64,000 nucleotides of DNA. Origin: Epiperipatus broadwayi (lineage: Eukaryota; Animalia; Onychophora). The stretch covers positions 15,438,001-15,502,000 of the forward strand of contig JAQFVV010000001.1 of assembly GCA_028023455.1 (NCBI GenBank), given 5' to 3'. Made by a program: the position numbers and the translations under genes. Below, piece after piece: positions 11,960 through 26,149 of this stretch; the stretch's first letter is position 1; each line of letters begins with the position of its first letter. The notes under the pieces are model-generated. The model made no database searches. It saw nothing but the letters and a program-made list of their open reading frames with translations, and was not told the origin of the DNA.

Positions 11960-14900
11960 GACATATAACAATCACTCATAAATGAGTATAGCCATTCAAC
12001 TCCAAGAAAAGAAAGAAAAAAAAAACACTCTAGAAATGAGTTTGGCAATGATTACACAAACTAATCTGAGAAACAATTATATCCTCATATAAAATATGCT
12101 GATTCATTTTTCTGTTTGATATTTTGCAATGCTGTCTTTTATTTTTTTCAGCAGAAAATTTTTCTTATTAAAAAATACTTTGACATCATGTCTAATTGTA
12201 GCTTTCCAATGTATACTATTCTCTTCAATATCTGCCCAATGGAAACAATCAATATGGCACTTTTTTTAAATGTCTTTGAAATAATCTTTATAATGTAAAA
12301 AAAATCCATACCTCCCATGACACTATGCTCAAGATCATTATAAAACATTCTTTTAGGAAGCTTTGCATTGTTCATTCATTTTACATGCCCAATCCAATAA
12401 TGATGAGATTTACAATAGTGGATTCTATAGTAACATATTTAGAAATGTAAAAACATACTGATTGGTTTTATGATTTTGATATTGTACTTTTAACATTTAC
12501 AGAGCATCCTTAAATGCTTTTATGTAATAGCAAGAGAATGTCCAAGTCCATATACAGCTAATTTAGTTGCAGCAGTTATTTCAAAACTTTTAAGTAGATT
12601 CTGTAAATCATCTTTTGAAATGGAAAAACATCACAATCATCAGCATACTGTGAATCCAGACACCAAATAGATGAAGTTCTTATTTTGCTTTTAATGGATT
12701 CAAATTAAAAATCCCACCATCAAACCTGCATCACATCTTGATTCCTGTTTTATTAAGATGCCAAAAACAATTTCAAAGGCCACTGTCATAAAAATTTAAA
12801 AATAGTGTTAGAACAAGTAAACATCTTTTTCATTTCAAATGTTACAGATTTTCCACCTAAAATAATAACATTCTCATTCCATCATATTGAAGTTAGACAA
12901 TACCAATATATTCTTGCAGACAACTAGATAATTTCAAACAATGCCATAAAATTTTTCAATTAACTGAAGTAAATGCTTTGATCACATCAATAAAAAGCAG
13001 TATATAAATCATTTTTTTTGTTCCCAACATTATTCTGGCAATAGAAACTATGTTAATGATGCTTCTTGATTCTCTAATATCAGACTGTGTTTCTGGTATC
13101 AATTCATCTATGACTAATAAATTTCTTAAAAGTTTTAATGAATAATAATGACATTCCATAATTACTCAATCTTGTTTATCAGCTTTATGAGCCAAATAAT
13201 ACTATAAAAAATTTCAATTACAACCATATTTTAAAATGTTTACAGGTATTTCATCAGGATCTGCAGCCTTCCCACTTGTAAGATTACAAAAAGCTGTTTT
13301 GACTTTACTAAGCGGGATATCTTTGTCTAAATCTAAATTAATAGATAAAATGAATATATCACTAAAAGTTGTCATCTCAATTCAATTCAAGAGACGATCA
13401 AAATACTGCTTTCATTTATTCAAAATATCATTACATAAGAGAATGTCATTTCTGGATTTAAAAAGATTGTGATACTATTTTTCAGATCCATATATTGCTT
13501 TCAATGTATCAAAAAAAAAAAAAAAAAAGATCTAGAATGACTATGACCAGTGAATGTCTGTATCTCCTTTGTACTTTAAACCCATCAATAATTTTCAAGC
13601 CTCCTTTTTATTTATTAAATTTCTGCTTTCAGATCTCTATATTTATTACAACACCCTGCATTTAATTTATCATTTTGCTAAGCAGAAAAAAAAAAAAAAA
13701 ACATTTCTTTTTAATCAATTACTACTAATAAAATCATTGTCTAAAAATTAGTCATGATTTTGTTTTTTGGTGAACATAGGAATATATTTACTTCCATCCA
13801 TAACAAATTCCAAGCTTCACTAATATGACAATCCTGGAGGTTCAAATTAGTAATTTTAGTGTTTAATAGCTGTTGAAATTTAATACATATGATATACTTC
13901 TAAAGTACAAATATCAATATCTTATGAATAATATTAAAATAAAATCTACTTTTGAATGCATCTATCATTTTAGTCTTGAAACATGCTAATTTATGATCTG
14001 TCCACACATGCTCATATAATATGAACTTGATTCCTAACTATAATCTATTTAATGACATTATTTTGAATGCATCCACAATAGTAATTTTCCTGTTTAACAA
14101 TATTTTCCATAATCAATCTATGTGTTGTTAAATAAAAATTCAATAACAACAGATTATTTCCACCAACTTTTGGCCAAAATCTACTATTTGTACCAATATG
14201 TGCATTAAAGTCTCCAACATGAAAAATTCACTCTTTTAATGTTATTCCTGTAATAATGTTAACCAGCAAGGAATAAGTTTTCTATCCCTGAACTTATGAT
14301 TGGAGTGTGGGCTTTAATGAAATGAGTATGAGTATGTTTACACAAGGCAAGTTTTAATACTATTAACTTTTCATTGATATAACAACGAATTCCAACAATA
14401 GAAGATACTAAATTAGACTTTACAGCAAATCTAATACTATGCATTCTTTTACTGACTGATCTGCCTTTCCAAAACTTATTGCCATTTATTTGTGATATTT
14501 AAGTTCCTTCCTCTGAAAGATGACTTTCATCAAGCACAGCTATATCAATCTTAAATCTTGACAGATTTTTAACCACCAGTGCAGTAATCCATTTCAGTCA
14601 TAGCACTTTCCAGGTCCATCTTTAAAAAAAAAATCATTAGTATTACTCCTGCCTCCTATTTTACTATCACTGTAATGATTAATCTGCAAGGCATGATAAC
14701 TTAGCCAGATTATGTGAGGCAGACCACTTTTAAACCTCATTTTCTAAGCCTCTTCCACTTCTGTCATAGGCAAGAAGATCCCTAAATAGGGTTGCCTAGC
14801 ATAAAATTTTTCCCAGTTAGAGCTCCTGTTTCAGATCCAGTTCCATTTAATATTCATTAGTGATTGTATTGCCTTGAGCAAAGATCACAAAGACTGCCAA
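11960..14900 (-). mobile_element. Near full-length decayed RTE (BovB-like) LINE
   Basis: Minus strand shows EN (RFAVKSNLV...INEKLIVLKL), RT (PETQSDIRESRSIINIVSIAR...FIDVIKAFTSVN), a 3' WADIEENSIHWKATIR motif and a terminal VCNHC zinc-finger remnant, with many stops and frameshifts. Confidence 0.75.
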
Positions 14901-15499
14901 CCTATTAAGCCTATTCCCATTATTGTTTTTTCTTAATTCTCAAGAGCTAGAATTACAAAGGGGAGGCGGAGATTTGAATCAAAAATGCTCTGTGTGTAGT
15001 GAAAGAATGAAAACATGGTTCTACATACAATTCTATTATGTTAATACAGGTAGATGATGGCAAGCTCATGATGATTGGACCCTATACTAACATAAGTGAT
15101 TGAATAAAAAAAAAGTGATAAACTAGACTGTATCAGAAATAGTATCTAGTCTTTGATGAATCAACATTCTATCCAAAGACACTCTTGAGTGGGCACTATT
15201 TATTTGTTATTCATAGTTGACTTTTATATTTGAAAGTCATTCTACTATCCGCCATTTATGGAGCCCATTGATAGCCTGGGCACAGCATCTAATAATAAAT
15301 ATTATCCATACGATAATTTAAATTATACCCACACTATAATTTAAATAATTTTTAAAATCATTCTATCTCTAAATATGTGTTCCATCCAATTTCTTTGCTT
15401 ATTCTTTCTTTCTCTGATATCTTTTCTTATCACATTATTTTCAATACTGATTGTAATAATTATTTTATTTATTTTTCTGTACTTCATTTAGACAAAAGA

Positions 15500-16150
15500 T
15501 AAAAAGACAGACTGATGTGTGGATAAATAATATATGTTTAGAATAAGTTAAGGAATTTTGTCCTCTGGGAAATATAATTTGTGATGACTATGGTTGTCTT
15601 ATGGAGATTAAAAAGAGAATAATGTTAACAAAACTTGCTTTTCAAAATAAAAAAAACTTTATTACTAAATAAAAATATCGATACAAAAAATAGAATGAAA
15701 TTTATTAAAACCTTCATTTGAAGAATATTGACATATTGGTTGTAAGGCATGGTTCTTGGGAAAATGACAACAACAAAAAAAGATTGTAAGGAATGGAAAT
15801 ATGGCTTTGTAAAAGAATAATTAGAATGAGTTAGATAAAAAAAGATTAACGATCAAATATTAAGAGAACTTGGAGTGAAAAGAAGTACTGAATATGAGAA
15901 AAATGAAGCGTTCAAGTCATATTTTAAGACAGGACAGGTTTTTACAAAATATTTTGGAAGGCAAACTTTTAGGAAAAAGATTGAGAGGCAGTCCAAGAAT
16001 ATCCTAAAGGCAGACCAAGACTAGCCTATCTTAAAAATGTGATCAGTGAAATTGAATGTTTTTCATACGCAGATACAAAATGATTTGCTGATGATAGAAC
16101 AATGTGGCTGCAATGACAAGGCATTGCCTTTAGAAGCTGATGATTTCAAA
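15500..16150 (+). mobile_element. 3' fragment of an RTE-type LINE
   Basis: Decayed translation resembles the RTE RT tail (KVKEFC.LG, KNIDTKNRMKFIKTF, RIIRMS*IK). Confidence 0.6.
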
Positions 16151-16479
16151 AAGTAAAACTTTCAAATATTTTCAAGCCCTTTCCTCCTTTTTTCACTCAT
16201 AAACCTGACACTATCACTGTGGCTTTTTCTCAGTAGTAATTTCATTAGCCTACAAAATGAACTATATAGTTTTATACTAAAAACCTATTTAAATATTGCT
16301 ATCTATTTAATTTTTTTTATTACTTCCAAAATCCTAATCAATTCTTTCATTTCAAAATTTCTTATTACAGTTTGTCATTACATTCACATTTCTTTGATCA
16401 TCTCCACAGAATCAGTAAACTTAATCTGTTGAATATTTCATGAATGTTTATACTTTCCCTTTCACCATGCAATACATAT

Positions 16480-17000
16480 TGACTAAACACAGATGATAAA
16501 ACACACATACAATAACAACAATGTCTTTAGTGTTATGATGAAAATTGTGGTTGTCAAAGAAAAAATTATAGGAATATTTTGTTCCAAGTATATTTCTCAA
16601 CTTACAAATTAGAAAACTGTGATATGATGAAAGAAAAAAAATGAAACATTCATTGAAAACAAAAATATTAATGATAGTCCTATTAAATCAAGAGATTCAT
16701 TTTCTAGTATATATATTAAATTTTATAGTTGAAAATAATGAGAATTCTAGGCAATAGAGTACTATTATCTAACACTTCATCACTGCTCGTGTCTTATCAT
16801 TACTTACCTCTCTTGATAAAGCTTAGTAAAGATAAAAATATAAAACAGTTCTTAAATAATCAGTTGAAACCAAAGACCTTTCTAATAGTTTTTTCATAAA
16901 GGCCTATGACTAAAAAGATATTACTTACCAGTTTGGCTAATAAGTTGAGAAAATTGATTATTTATCAAGTCTGTTTTACAAACTAAGTAAGAATAGCTAG
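16480..17000 (+). mobile_element. Possible DDE DNA transposase remnant
   Basis: LCYDENCGCQRKN resembles the DNCxGQNKN motif of some eukaryotic DDE transposases; little other support. Confidence 0.2.
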
Positions 17001-18569
17001 ACATCTATTTGAAAGAAAAAATCTTAACTTTGATTTGAATCCCAAATTTTTTTCCATTTTATCTCATTTGGATTTGAACTACAAATCATAGACATGATAG
17101 GCAGATACATCACCACATTTCAAATTAATAAAACTTTTTACACCTGAGAATCATAAGTTGTTTGTATAAATTTGTTATATTCTCATTTTAAGACAGGATG
17201 AGTAACTTGTAATAGAATATTATGATTAGCAGTAACATTTGATCATTAGCTAATATTTTAATTTCAAGGCTATATTCTAAATATTGACTTATTGAATTTA
17301 ATAACTATTTAAATTATATAATGAGATATATGATATCCAACAGGTCAAATAAATAAAACAATAGGCAATAAAAGCATGCAGTTAAAAATTGAATACTTAC
17401 ATTTATAAACTTATAAAATGGGATTTTTTTTTATAATATAATTGCCCTATTACGATGAATCAGGTATGAAGGGAATGCACTTTGCTCAAGCGGGAGTGCC
17501 TACACTAGTGCAACTGACTCTAATATAATCTTAAAGATGGCAGGAATTACCTTGTAATAATAAATATTCAAACAATTTATATAAATTGCAGTTGATGTTT
17601 ATAAATGAATTTTCCATGTTAACCTTTTCTAGAATAAGTTTTTTTTTTAAAAAAAAAAATTTGTAATGGGAAGGAGGAAATTATTTATTTCAATAATCTA
17701 GATAATAATAATTGTAAAATTTTAAGGAAAAAGAGTCTATTGAGATAAATTATTCTCATCTCTCAAGTTTTGAATATATATATATGAGAATGTATGTATA
17801 AATAATATACATACAAATACAGCCATGGGCAAGAGCGATTTATGATGATGATAAAATTAAAAGTAGTTAATAATGTTTAAAATAAATATTATAATGATAT
17901 TTTAGAGGAGAACTTCTAGGCAAAATATATAAATTAATATGATACATTATATAATAATAAAAATATACAATTTACAATTTCATAACATAAAGTTAAATAC
18001 TGAATATAAAATAATACTAAGTTAAATTTTGATGACATTTATAATTAAATTTGTCTTAATTAAAGGAAAGAAACAATTGAATTAACTTTATTCTAATTAT
18101 AAAAATTGTACTATTTAAAAAGAAACATATGATTAGATTTGAATTCAACTGATAGAAGTTAGATTAAAATTAATCTTATATATATATACAACTAATTAAG
18201 TTTGCTTTAATTTAGTAAACAAGGTGGGCGAATTTAATGATTAAACATTGTCTGGTTTGAAAAAAATAGTGATGTGATTCAAAGGCAGTAAAAAACCTGA
18301 CAAACAGAAGATATATATATATATAGTAGACTTTATTGTAAAGAAAAGTAGTAAATTTTTTTATATTGTTATTGCATTTCTTCTAATTTTAAGATTGTCC
18401 CCATTCAATATTACTACAGAATAATTAGAAGATCAGTTAAGCACTTGCAAAAATAATTAAATAATAAACAAAAACAAACATGAAAACCAAAGAAAAAATA
18501 TTCTAATAAAAACATGTTACCTCAAATTATTCTTATTGTTAATCTATCTCTGGTAAATTATTTTAAACA

Positions 18570-18760
18570 TTTGGATTGAAAGACTTCTTTCCAAGCAAGT
18601 AACTATGGCGACACAAGACCCTGCTTATGTTCACCAAGAAAAACCTTGAATATTCAAATTACTGACATTGTTTTGTTAAAGTCAGTGTCTGAGAATACAT
18701 TAGCTGTTTTTAACTAAAAGTAAGTAGTTATTCAACAAGAAATTGAAATGACATCTCAGT
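18570..18760 (+). mobile_element. Possible BEL/Pao integrase C-terminal remnant
   Basis: NIQITDIVLLKS resembles the NIxVGDIVLLK tail of BEL/Pao pol. Confidence 0.25.
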
Positions 18761-19235
18761 GAGTTATTCCAGTGACAAGTGATCTATAAAAAAATAACTA
18801 GATGGTGAGCTAAAGGAATATGGAAAAGCTGATAAATAGTTAAAAACCAAAGGAAACAGAGAATAGTAGTATTGCAACGCAAGAGTAAAAAATATGTGCA
18901 TTCTTGTCCTTATATTTTTGAATCAGACAAATCAATAATTGATTATTAAATAATAATCATGTATATTTCAAAGAATGCAGATGTTGTATATTTAAGGGTT
19001 CTTATGTAGAAATATTTATAATTTTAATATTTATGTTCATAATTTGATTTTAATTGTTTAATGATGTAAAATTGCTTTTTATAACATTCTTTTTTGATGT
19101 AATTTATTAAAATATTTATTTATCAATTCATGCTAAGTTCTCTGTTCTCATGTATGCTCTTTATTTTTGATTATATTAAAGTGTATAGTCATCTCAACAT
19201 CAATTCTTTAGTCATAATATTCTGAGTCTGAACGA

Positions 19236-19487
19236 GTTTAAAACAGGATGTAATAATAGAAATTAACTCTTTTGGTTACCTTTTGCCAACATAAACTAAT
19301 ACACAGAACATTCTATTACATTCTTTATATTAATTAATTAATGTTATCTACAATATTAGCCATGTTTAAAACAGGATGTAATAATAGAAATTAACTCTTT
19401 TGGTTAACTTTTGCTAACATAAACTAATACACAGAACATTCCATTACATTCTTTATATTAATTAATGTTAGCTACAATATTAGCCAT
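19236..19487. repeat. Tandem duplication, 2 x about 125 bp
   Basis: Units start GTTTAAAACAGGATGTAATAATAG at 19236 and 19364 and are nearly identical. Confidence 0.95.
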
Positions 19488-19818
19488 ATGTATATTGATA
19501 GAACAGCTACATCTTCAATATTAGCCAGTATGTATATTAACAGGATAATGATTCATTAAAATGTATGATTTTAGCATTTAAATTAAGATGCAAAAATAAA
19601 GTGTGTTAAAAGAGTGGCACTTAATGACTAATTATCACTAATAATAATCAAGTGTAATTGTTTGGTCATAGAATTTCATTTCTAAGTTATTTTAACTGCA
19701 TTTGGGCAGATAACTTATCATATGTCTTTTTTAATTACAACACTAATTTATTTATTTAATTTAGTTTTTTTTGTATTCTTTTTTTAAAAACTTTTTCTAT
19801 CTCTGTATTTGTTTTACA

Positions 19819-20080
19819 TATATCCCAAGTCTTTGAAGAATGTTATATATTCTTTGTTTTTCTTTCATAGTTCTAACTAAATCATATATCCTAATCAATC
19901 CTAGTCAGTTTCATATTCCACCTGCTCATTATTTAATTTTTTCCCCCTTATATCCAAAGTCTTTGAAGAATGTTATATATTCTTTGTTTTTCTTTCATAG
20001 TTCTAACTAAATCATATATCCTAATCAATCCTAGTCAGTTTCATATTCCACCTGCTCATTATTTAATTTTTGTTCCCCTT
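19819..20080. repeat. Tandem duplication, 2 x about 130 bp
   Basis: Units start TATATCC(C/A)AAGTCTTTGAAG at 19819 and 19949 and are nearly identical. Confidence 0.95.
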
Positions 20081-21266
20081 TTTAAATATACTGTATACAA
20101 TATATATATATTATCTGCTAGAAGTTGATCACTTTTGTGACAAAGTTATTATTATTATATTAATGATTTAATTATTGCAATCCTACATTTAATTTCTTTC
20201 TCTCTTCACCCAAACTCATCCACTTAATTAATTAAGCATTTAAACTCCATAAAATACTATTTATCATCAATACTTATTTTCTAAGTTTAGTGATTTTATT
20301 TTTACATACATTAAGATACTTCACTTTTTTCTCTATAATTTTTACCTTATCGTATCATGACATTAATAATCGCTTCTCTTTCCAGAGCCAACTTATGTTT
20401 ATTCACATTCATACTCTTGAATTATTAGTGTCTTCTGATAGGAAGCACTATCTTTGCATTACAGTCATTGAATAGCTAATGACTTAAAAATTTAAATCAT
20501 CCTAAGATTACAAATTTTTTCAATAAAGAGAAGAGATTACTGTTGCTGAAAGCAAATTAAATGTAAGCTAGAAAAATCATGTGCTGTTTTTTATTCATCA
20601 CATTTGTACATTAATTATTTTACTTGAGCACTGTTAGTTTTTCTTCTTAATTTCTAAATTTCCTTTAAATAATTCTTCCTTCAACAGAATTAGCATTTTT
20701 CCAATTTCCTGCTCCATTTTTAGAATCATTTTTTTTTTTCACCATACAGGGCTCTTTTTTTTCTTTCTCATAGTCTATTATTTTCATAGCGATTTCTCAT
20801 AATTTTTTAAAATATGGCTATTTCTATAATACCTATGTTTCTCACCAGTTGTTTTTTAAAATAGAGAAATAAAAGTAAAACTAAAAAAAGATAAATTTCT
20901 AAGAAATGATAAAGATTATGGGATATTTCAGAAAATATTAAATTTGGATTTAGAATAAATAGGAAATTGGAGATTATTTTAAGGAGATTTAAAAAAACAG
21001 ATTAAAAAAAAAATTGAAAAGAATAAGGAAAGTGATCTGGAAAACTGCAAGATATTTGTCATTGAGTTCTATTATGGTTATAATCAGATACTATATTTTC
21101 TTTTATAAAGATCTAAAATATAAATTAATATATTAAGTCATTAAGACTATATTCTTTGACTGGTAATTCATCCTGCTAAGTGAAGTTATGGGAAATGAAG
21201 ATATTGTTCCAATGATTATTCAATGCATATATAGCAACACAAGTAGACATCTATCACTTAGAATTT

Positions 21267-21339
21267 ACAGCAATATTATTCTCTCTTTGTAAATTTCAAC
21301 AGACAGTAATATTATTCTCTCTTTGTAAATTTCAACAGA
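21267..21339. repeat. Tandem duplication, 2 x 36 bp
   Basis: ACAG(C/T)AATATTATTCTCTCTTTGTAAATTTCAACAG occurs twice. Confidence 0.95.
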
Positions 21340-21929
21340 TGATATTATATTATTAAAAAGCAATAAAAATGAACTACATTAAACATTCTAGAAACTTTTA
21401 ATTATGAGAAAGTAAACTATCACTAAAGCTTTGTTTTATTATTTGACAAGTTAAAAATTTTTTAATGAATAAAAGCACAATAGAAATTTCATAATGATGT
21501 CAGATGCTTCATTATGTTGTAATAGATTCCAATCTAAAAAACAAACAACCAAAAAAAAAAATAAAGACATTCAACATGTTTATCAGATTTATTAGTTCCC
21601 ACATACTATTGGTTTTACTTTTTAAATAAAAATGTTTGTGAAAAATAAATATTACATAAAAGATTACTTGAACAAAACTAACTAAATCCAAAATAATAGA
21701 CAGGTATTGTGGAAATATGAAATACCCCTTCATAATTTTGTCCAGATTAAAAGAAGTGCCAAACTAACAATTACGAGATTATTGATGTTCAATCTTTACT
21801 TAATATGAAATCCAAGAATTTTAATAAAGTAGTTTCTCAATTATTTAGCATTAAATGTTCAAGAAATCAATTAATGAATTAAAAGTCTATCAAATTACAG
21901 AGAAGGTACAAACTATCTTGTATCAATAT

Positions 21930-23230
21930 TGTAACAGTAAGAATTATCCCTCCACGTAACAAAATCTAGAACACAGGCAAAATACATTAAAGCTGATCAA
22001 AGACGGATACTGAGATCCAGAGTCCGACCAACATTCAATCCTTTCACCTCTGCTCAATGATCTAATACCCTATGGATGACACTTCTCAACTTACAGACAT
22101 TTAATTTAACCTCGGTCCGGCAGTCACTCAGCGTAAAACAAAAGACTTGTAAATTAACTAATTTAACACTGATTTGATCAGATATACACACATATGACTA
22201 AGTGATTAATTAATATACCAATGATTGCTTATAAAATATAATAGAATGATCTACCTATAGATATAATGATGTATGTGCAATTAAACCTAGAGTTGGATAA
22301 AATGAACTCACGGACAATAAAATCATGAAAACGAGTTGTAATTTTAAATATTATTACTTTAATAAGACAATAACAAATAATAAATCAAAATATACAAAAT
22401 TATGTGATGGAAACATGAGATATTTAGCTCGCAAGCGTTATATAACTAATGAGATTAATGTTACATATCTCATTATAAATGTTTAATAAGTGTAGTGCGG
22501 TATTGGAGTTTATGCCTATATTAATATGCCAAATTTCTAGCCCTCATGTAGTCTGCTAAATCATATGGAACTTAATAGCCAAAGTTATATAACTAACTTG
22601 ATAGCGCTCCTGTGGCGTCTAGCTATACAAAGTTAAGTCGAGCATATAATTAAGCTGAGATACGCAGGTTAGCATGTTAACCTAGATTAGGGTATACACT
22701 GATGCTAGATAAGCATTTAATATAAAAGGAAAGAAAACTGGTTTATAATAGGTTTACCTATATACTCTATGGCACATATTAAAATAATTAAGCAAAAAGG
22801 TGCGAGTGGGTCATTATTCACGGGTTTCAGCATCGAATGCTCAGTTTGCCCTAAAACCACTCAACTTGCCATGAATAGGAACATTAGCAGTTCAGGGAGT
22901 CATATAAGTATTAATTATGAATCATCTAGGTCCTTGTGCCCTAGTTCTAAAAGTGTCCAACCTAAAGTGGATAAGAGTGACCTCCGCCAACAACTCATCA
23001 ATAATCATGCAAGCAGATAATTGTACATTGCATACTTTGTAAGGACACATCCGCAACTTATACATATATATAATACAAATACTAAATTTATATTATCGTG
23101 CCTTAAAAATTAGATAGCGTCTATTTGCACATCTACACAATCCAGTTCTCAAATTTAGTATTTCAAACCTACTATTTAGGGACTAAATTAATTAGTAACC
23201 TAGTTTAATATTATCACCTGCATCTCAACA
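21930..23230. mobile_element. Putative solo LTR (about 1.3 kb)
   Basis: Bounded by TGTAACA...CTCAACA (TG...CA with TGT/ACA), flanks AATAT/TATAT (4 of 5 match), CpG-retaining, no PBS/PPT or pol next to it. Confidence 0.45.
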
Positions 23231-24519
23231 TATATAAATCTAAGGAGGACAGAGCATATTTGTGGGGTAATTATGAATACAACATTAAAATATGCTTTGA
23301 AAATATCTCTGTGGCTAGTTTCTATGATGTACAAGTTACATATATAAATAGTTATAATTCATAACTAGAATTAAGCAAACTACAATTTTAACTAAATAAC
23401 TGATTATTGCAATATTAATACCCAAAACTTAATCAGTAAAATAATATGATTTCGAAACAGCGAATGAGATAGAAAAATAATAATTCAATTATTTAATATT
23501 TATTATAGCGAAGATTTGAAACTATCTTCCAGATCGATAAGCTTAAATTATGTTTCGAGTCAGTTGGCATATTAAATACATATAATATTAAAATGATAAA
23601 ATCATAGAATAAATTGGATAGATTAGCAATAGGCATAAAAGGATGGCAGAAAATTATACATTTAATTTAAAATAGATTATTAGAGTTTTACATTTTAAAA
23701 GAGAATTAGAGTGTTACATTTTAAAGGAGAATTGGTTTTACAATCAGGCAAGATTTAGCATTTAACAATCTTCTTTGCAGATTTTTGTAAAGGTGTTTGG
23801 GAAAGGCAGATTTAATAAATAGCTAGCTTTTAAAATAAAGAATCGAAAGTCACAGTTTATAAACAGAGCTCTGAGAGAAAATTTACCATTCAGTTGTTTT
23901 CATTACAGTTCTCTGGATAACAGTTCTGGGCATTTAGGAGGATAATAAGTTGACACTTTTGGCGATAAGTTAAAGTTAATAGAGATTTTCCATGGGCTGC
24001 TTCGCTGGTGTGCGGCATTATATTTTATTGGACCAAAGTTCTTCCATTCCCTGGCTAAGGAGAGGGATGAGTTATTGCCATTCTACTCAACCATTTTGAA
24101 GATAAAACGGGTCAATCTTTGGCGACAAAACTTTTAGTATTTATACTTTTCAAACTCTGGCCACCAGTTAATTTTTTACGAACTTGTCGTAGCTGAAAAA
24201 TCCATTTATTTATTTTAGCAAAACATATTTAATAGCTATAACCAGTAGAAAAACTCATTTATTTATTTTAGAAAAACATTTTTAATTATGACAACTACGT
24301 TATTTTGTTATTCTGCTAATTCTGTTATTAACATTTTATATTTACAAAATCAAGTTCACGCTATTTTAGGACCAATGCGTGACCTACTTTAACATTTGTT
24401 TACCAGTAACAAATAAAAGTTGTTTGATAATTAGTATAAACTAATTTTATAACTATACGTGCAGAATAACAGGAAATATATGTATGCGATTTCGATAATA
24501 CAACAATAAAATTGGCTAA

Positions 24520-24700
24520 ATAATTTAAGCTAAAATATTTCTTAAACTAAAAATATTTATAGAATGAATATATATCTGTAATATATACCAATAACATAAC
24601 AATAATTTAAACTAAAAAATTTCTTAAATTAGAAATATTCATAAAATGAATTTCTTAAACTAGAAATATTTATAAATTGAATATATATCTGTAATATAAA
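24520..24700. repeat. Degenerate local tandem repeats
   Basis: Repeated TTTCTTAAACTA(A/G)AAATATTTATA...GAATATATATCTGTAATATA units. Confidence 0.7.
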
Positions 24701-25559
24701 CATATACTATTAAATTACAGACATACTGCTCGCATATATATGTGATTCTGCATATATAATAATTCAAGGTTGTTTAAATGGGTACTCTGAGAGGGTTTAA
24801 ACCTAGCATATAGATAGATGTGTGGGTAAAATAAGTGAAATGGGCAGATGGATGAAACTGACTGTTTCAATATACACAACATCAATTATACGCTATCGAA
24901 TAAAAATGTAAACAAAAAAAAACCCCATTAAAATTCATAAATATATTTTATAATATACAAGCAGACATTTTTCTATCTATGAGTACCATAAGTAATCACA
25001 TTTTAAAAAAATAAAATTTGTAAATAGATTTTATAATACATCAGCAGCCATTTTTCTGTCTTGAAGCATCGTATGCAAATGTATTTATTAATACAATTTC
25101 TTTGGTTTATATTGAAAGCACATTCATTTTATTCTATCTTTATTATCATTTCTGAATTTGATGGGCAATATTTCATGTAATAAAATGTTTTTTAAGCATA
25201 ATGCTATAAGTTTTACAAATTTTAAGAACATAAAGTTGATATTGATTTAAAAACATCAAAACACTTAGAAAGTTCATAGTTACTTAATAACAAAACTATT
25301 ATGTTTCTATAGAAAGGATAACAGCTCACAGCATATTTAATTGTGATAAAGATATTTTGCCATTTTTTATTTAAAAAATAAAAACATGGTATAATACTTT
25401 TTTTTAATTTTTTCGGTGAATGAACCCACTCAGTAAAATGTATGTTAATATGTCATCTTAATTTATTATTAATATTTACTATTTTTGAAAATGTTATTTA
25501 TACAATAATCTTGATATATGCTTATTATATATATATAAAAAGGCTATGTATTATATATG

Positions 25560-25680
25560 TATGTGTGTGTTGGAAAGTAGTGTGCACTTACAATTCAATA
25601 AAAAATACTTATTCTATTGTAATCAGTAAACATAAGCTATGTAAGATATACAGGTGGGCAGCTAGGAATAAAATATAGTG
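25560..25680 (+). repeat. Dispersed repeat also present near 62415-62520
   Basis: AAAGTAGTGTGCACTTACAATTCAATAAAAAATACTTATTCTATT versus AAAGTACTGTACACTTGTAGTTCAATAAACAATATTATTCTATT. Confidence 0.6.
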
Positions 25681-26149
25681 AATACTAATGTATTATGTAT
25701 ATGATGCTATAAATTTTTTAAATACATATATGCATTTTTGTGAATATTGTAAATATAACAATTTACTTGATTGTATTGGTTATCATTATATAATATTCAT
25801 TCAACTAACTGTAGACCTAAAACTATATATTTTTTGCCAAATAAACGTAATTAAAACATTAAAAAAGTAATAATGTACTATATTACTAATATTATCAATT
25901 TTCTTTTTATGAGTGTTAATAATTATTATGAGAATTTACTTAAAAAAAAAAATGAAAACATAAGTTCAATATAGGATTAATGTAAAAGATTTTGAAAATA
26001 TATAGTAAGTCAAATATTTAATTAGTAGCTTTTAAATTAGTGACTATGGACTAAGGCTTCTATCAGTTGATTATAAAATGATCAAACACATTTGAGAAGT
26101 CTGATTTGGCACTGAAAATAATTGGGGTGAAAATTTTAGTTTCTAAATT

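Noticed and set aside
19236-20080. CRISPR-like array
   Set aside because: Only two-copy tandem duplications; there is no repeat-spacer alternation.
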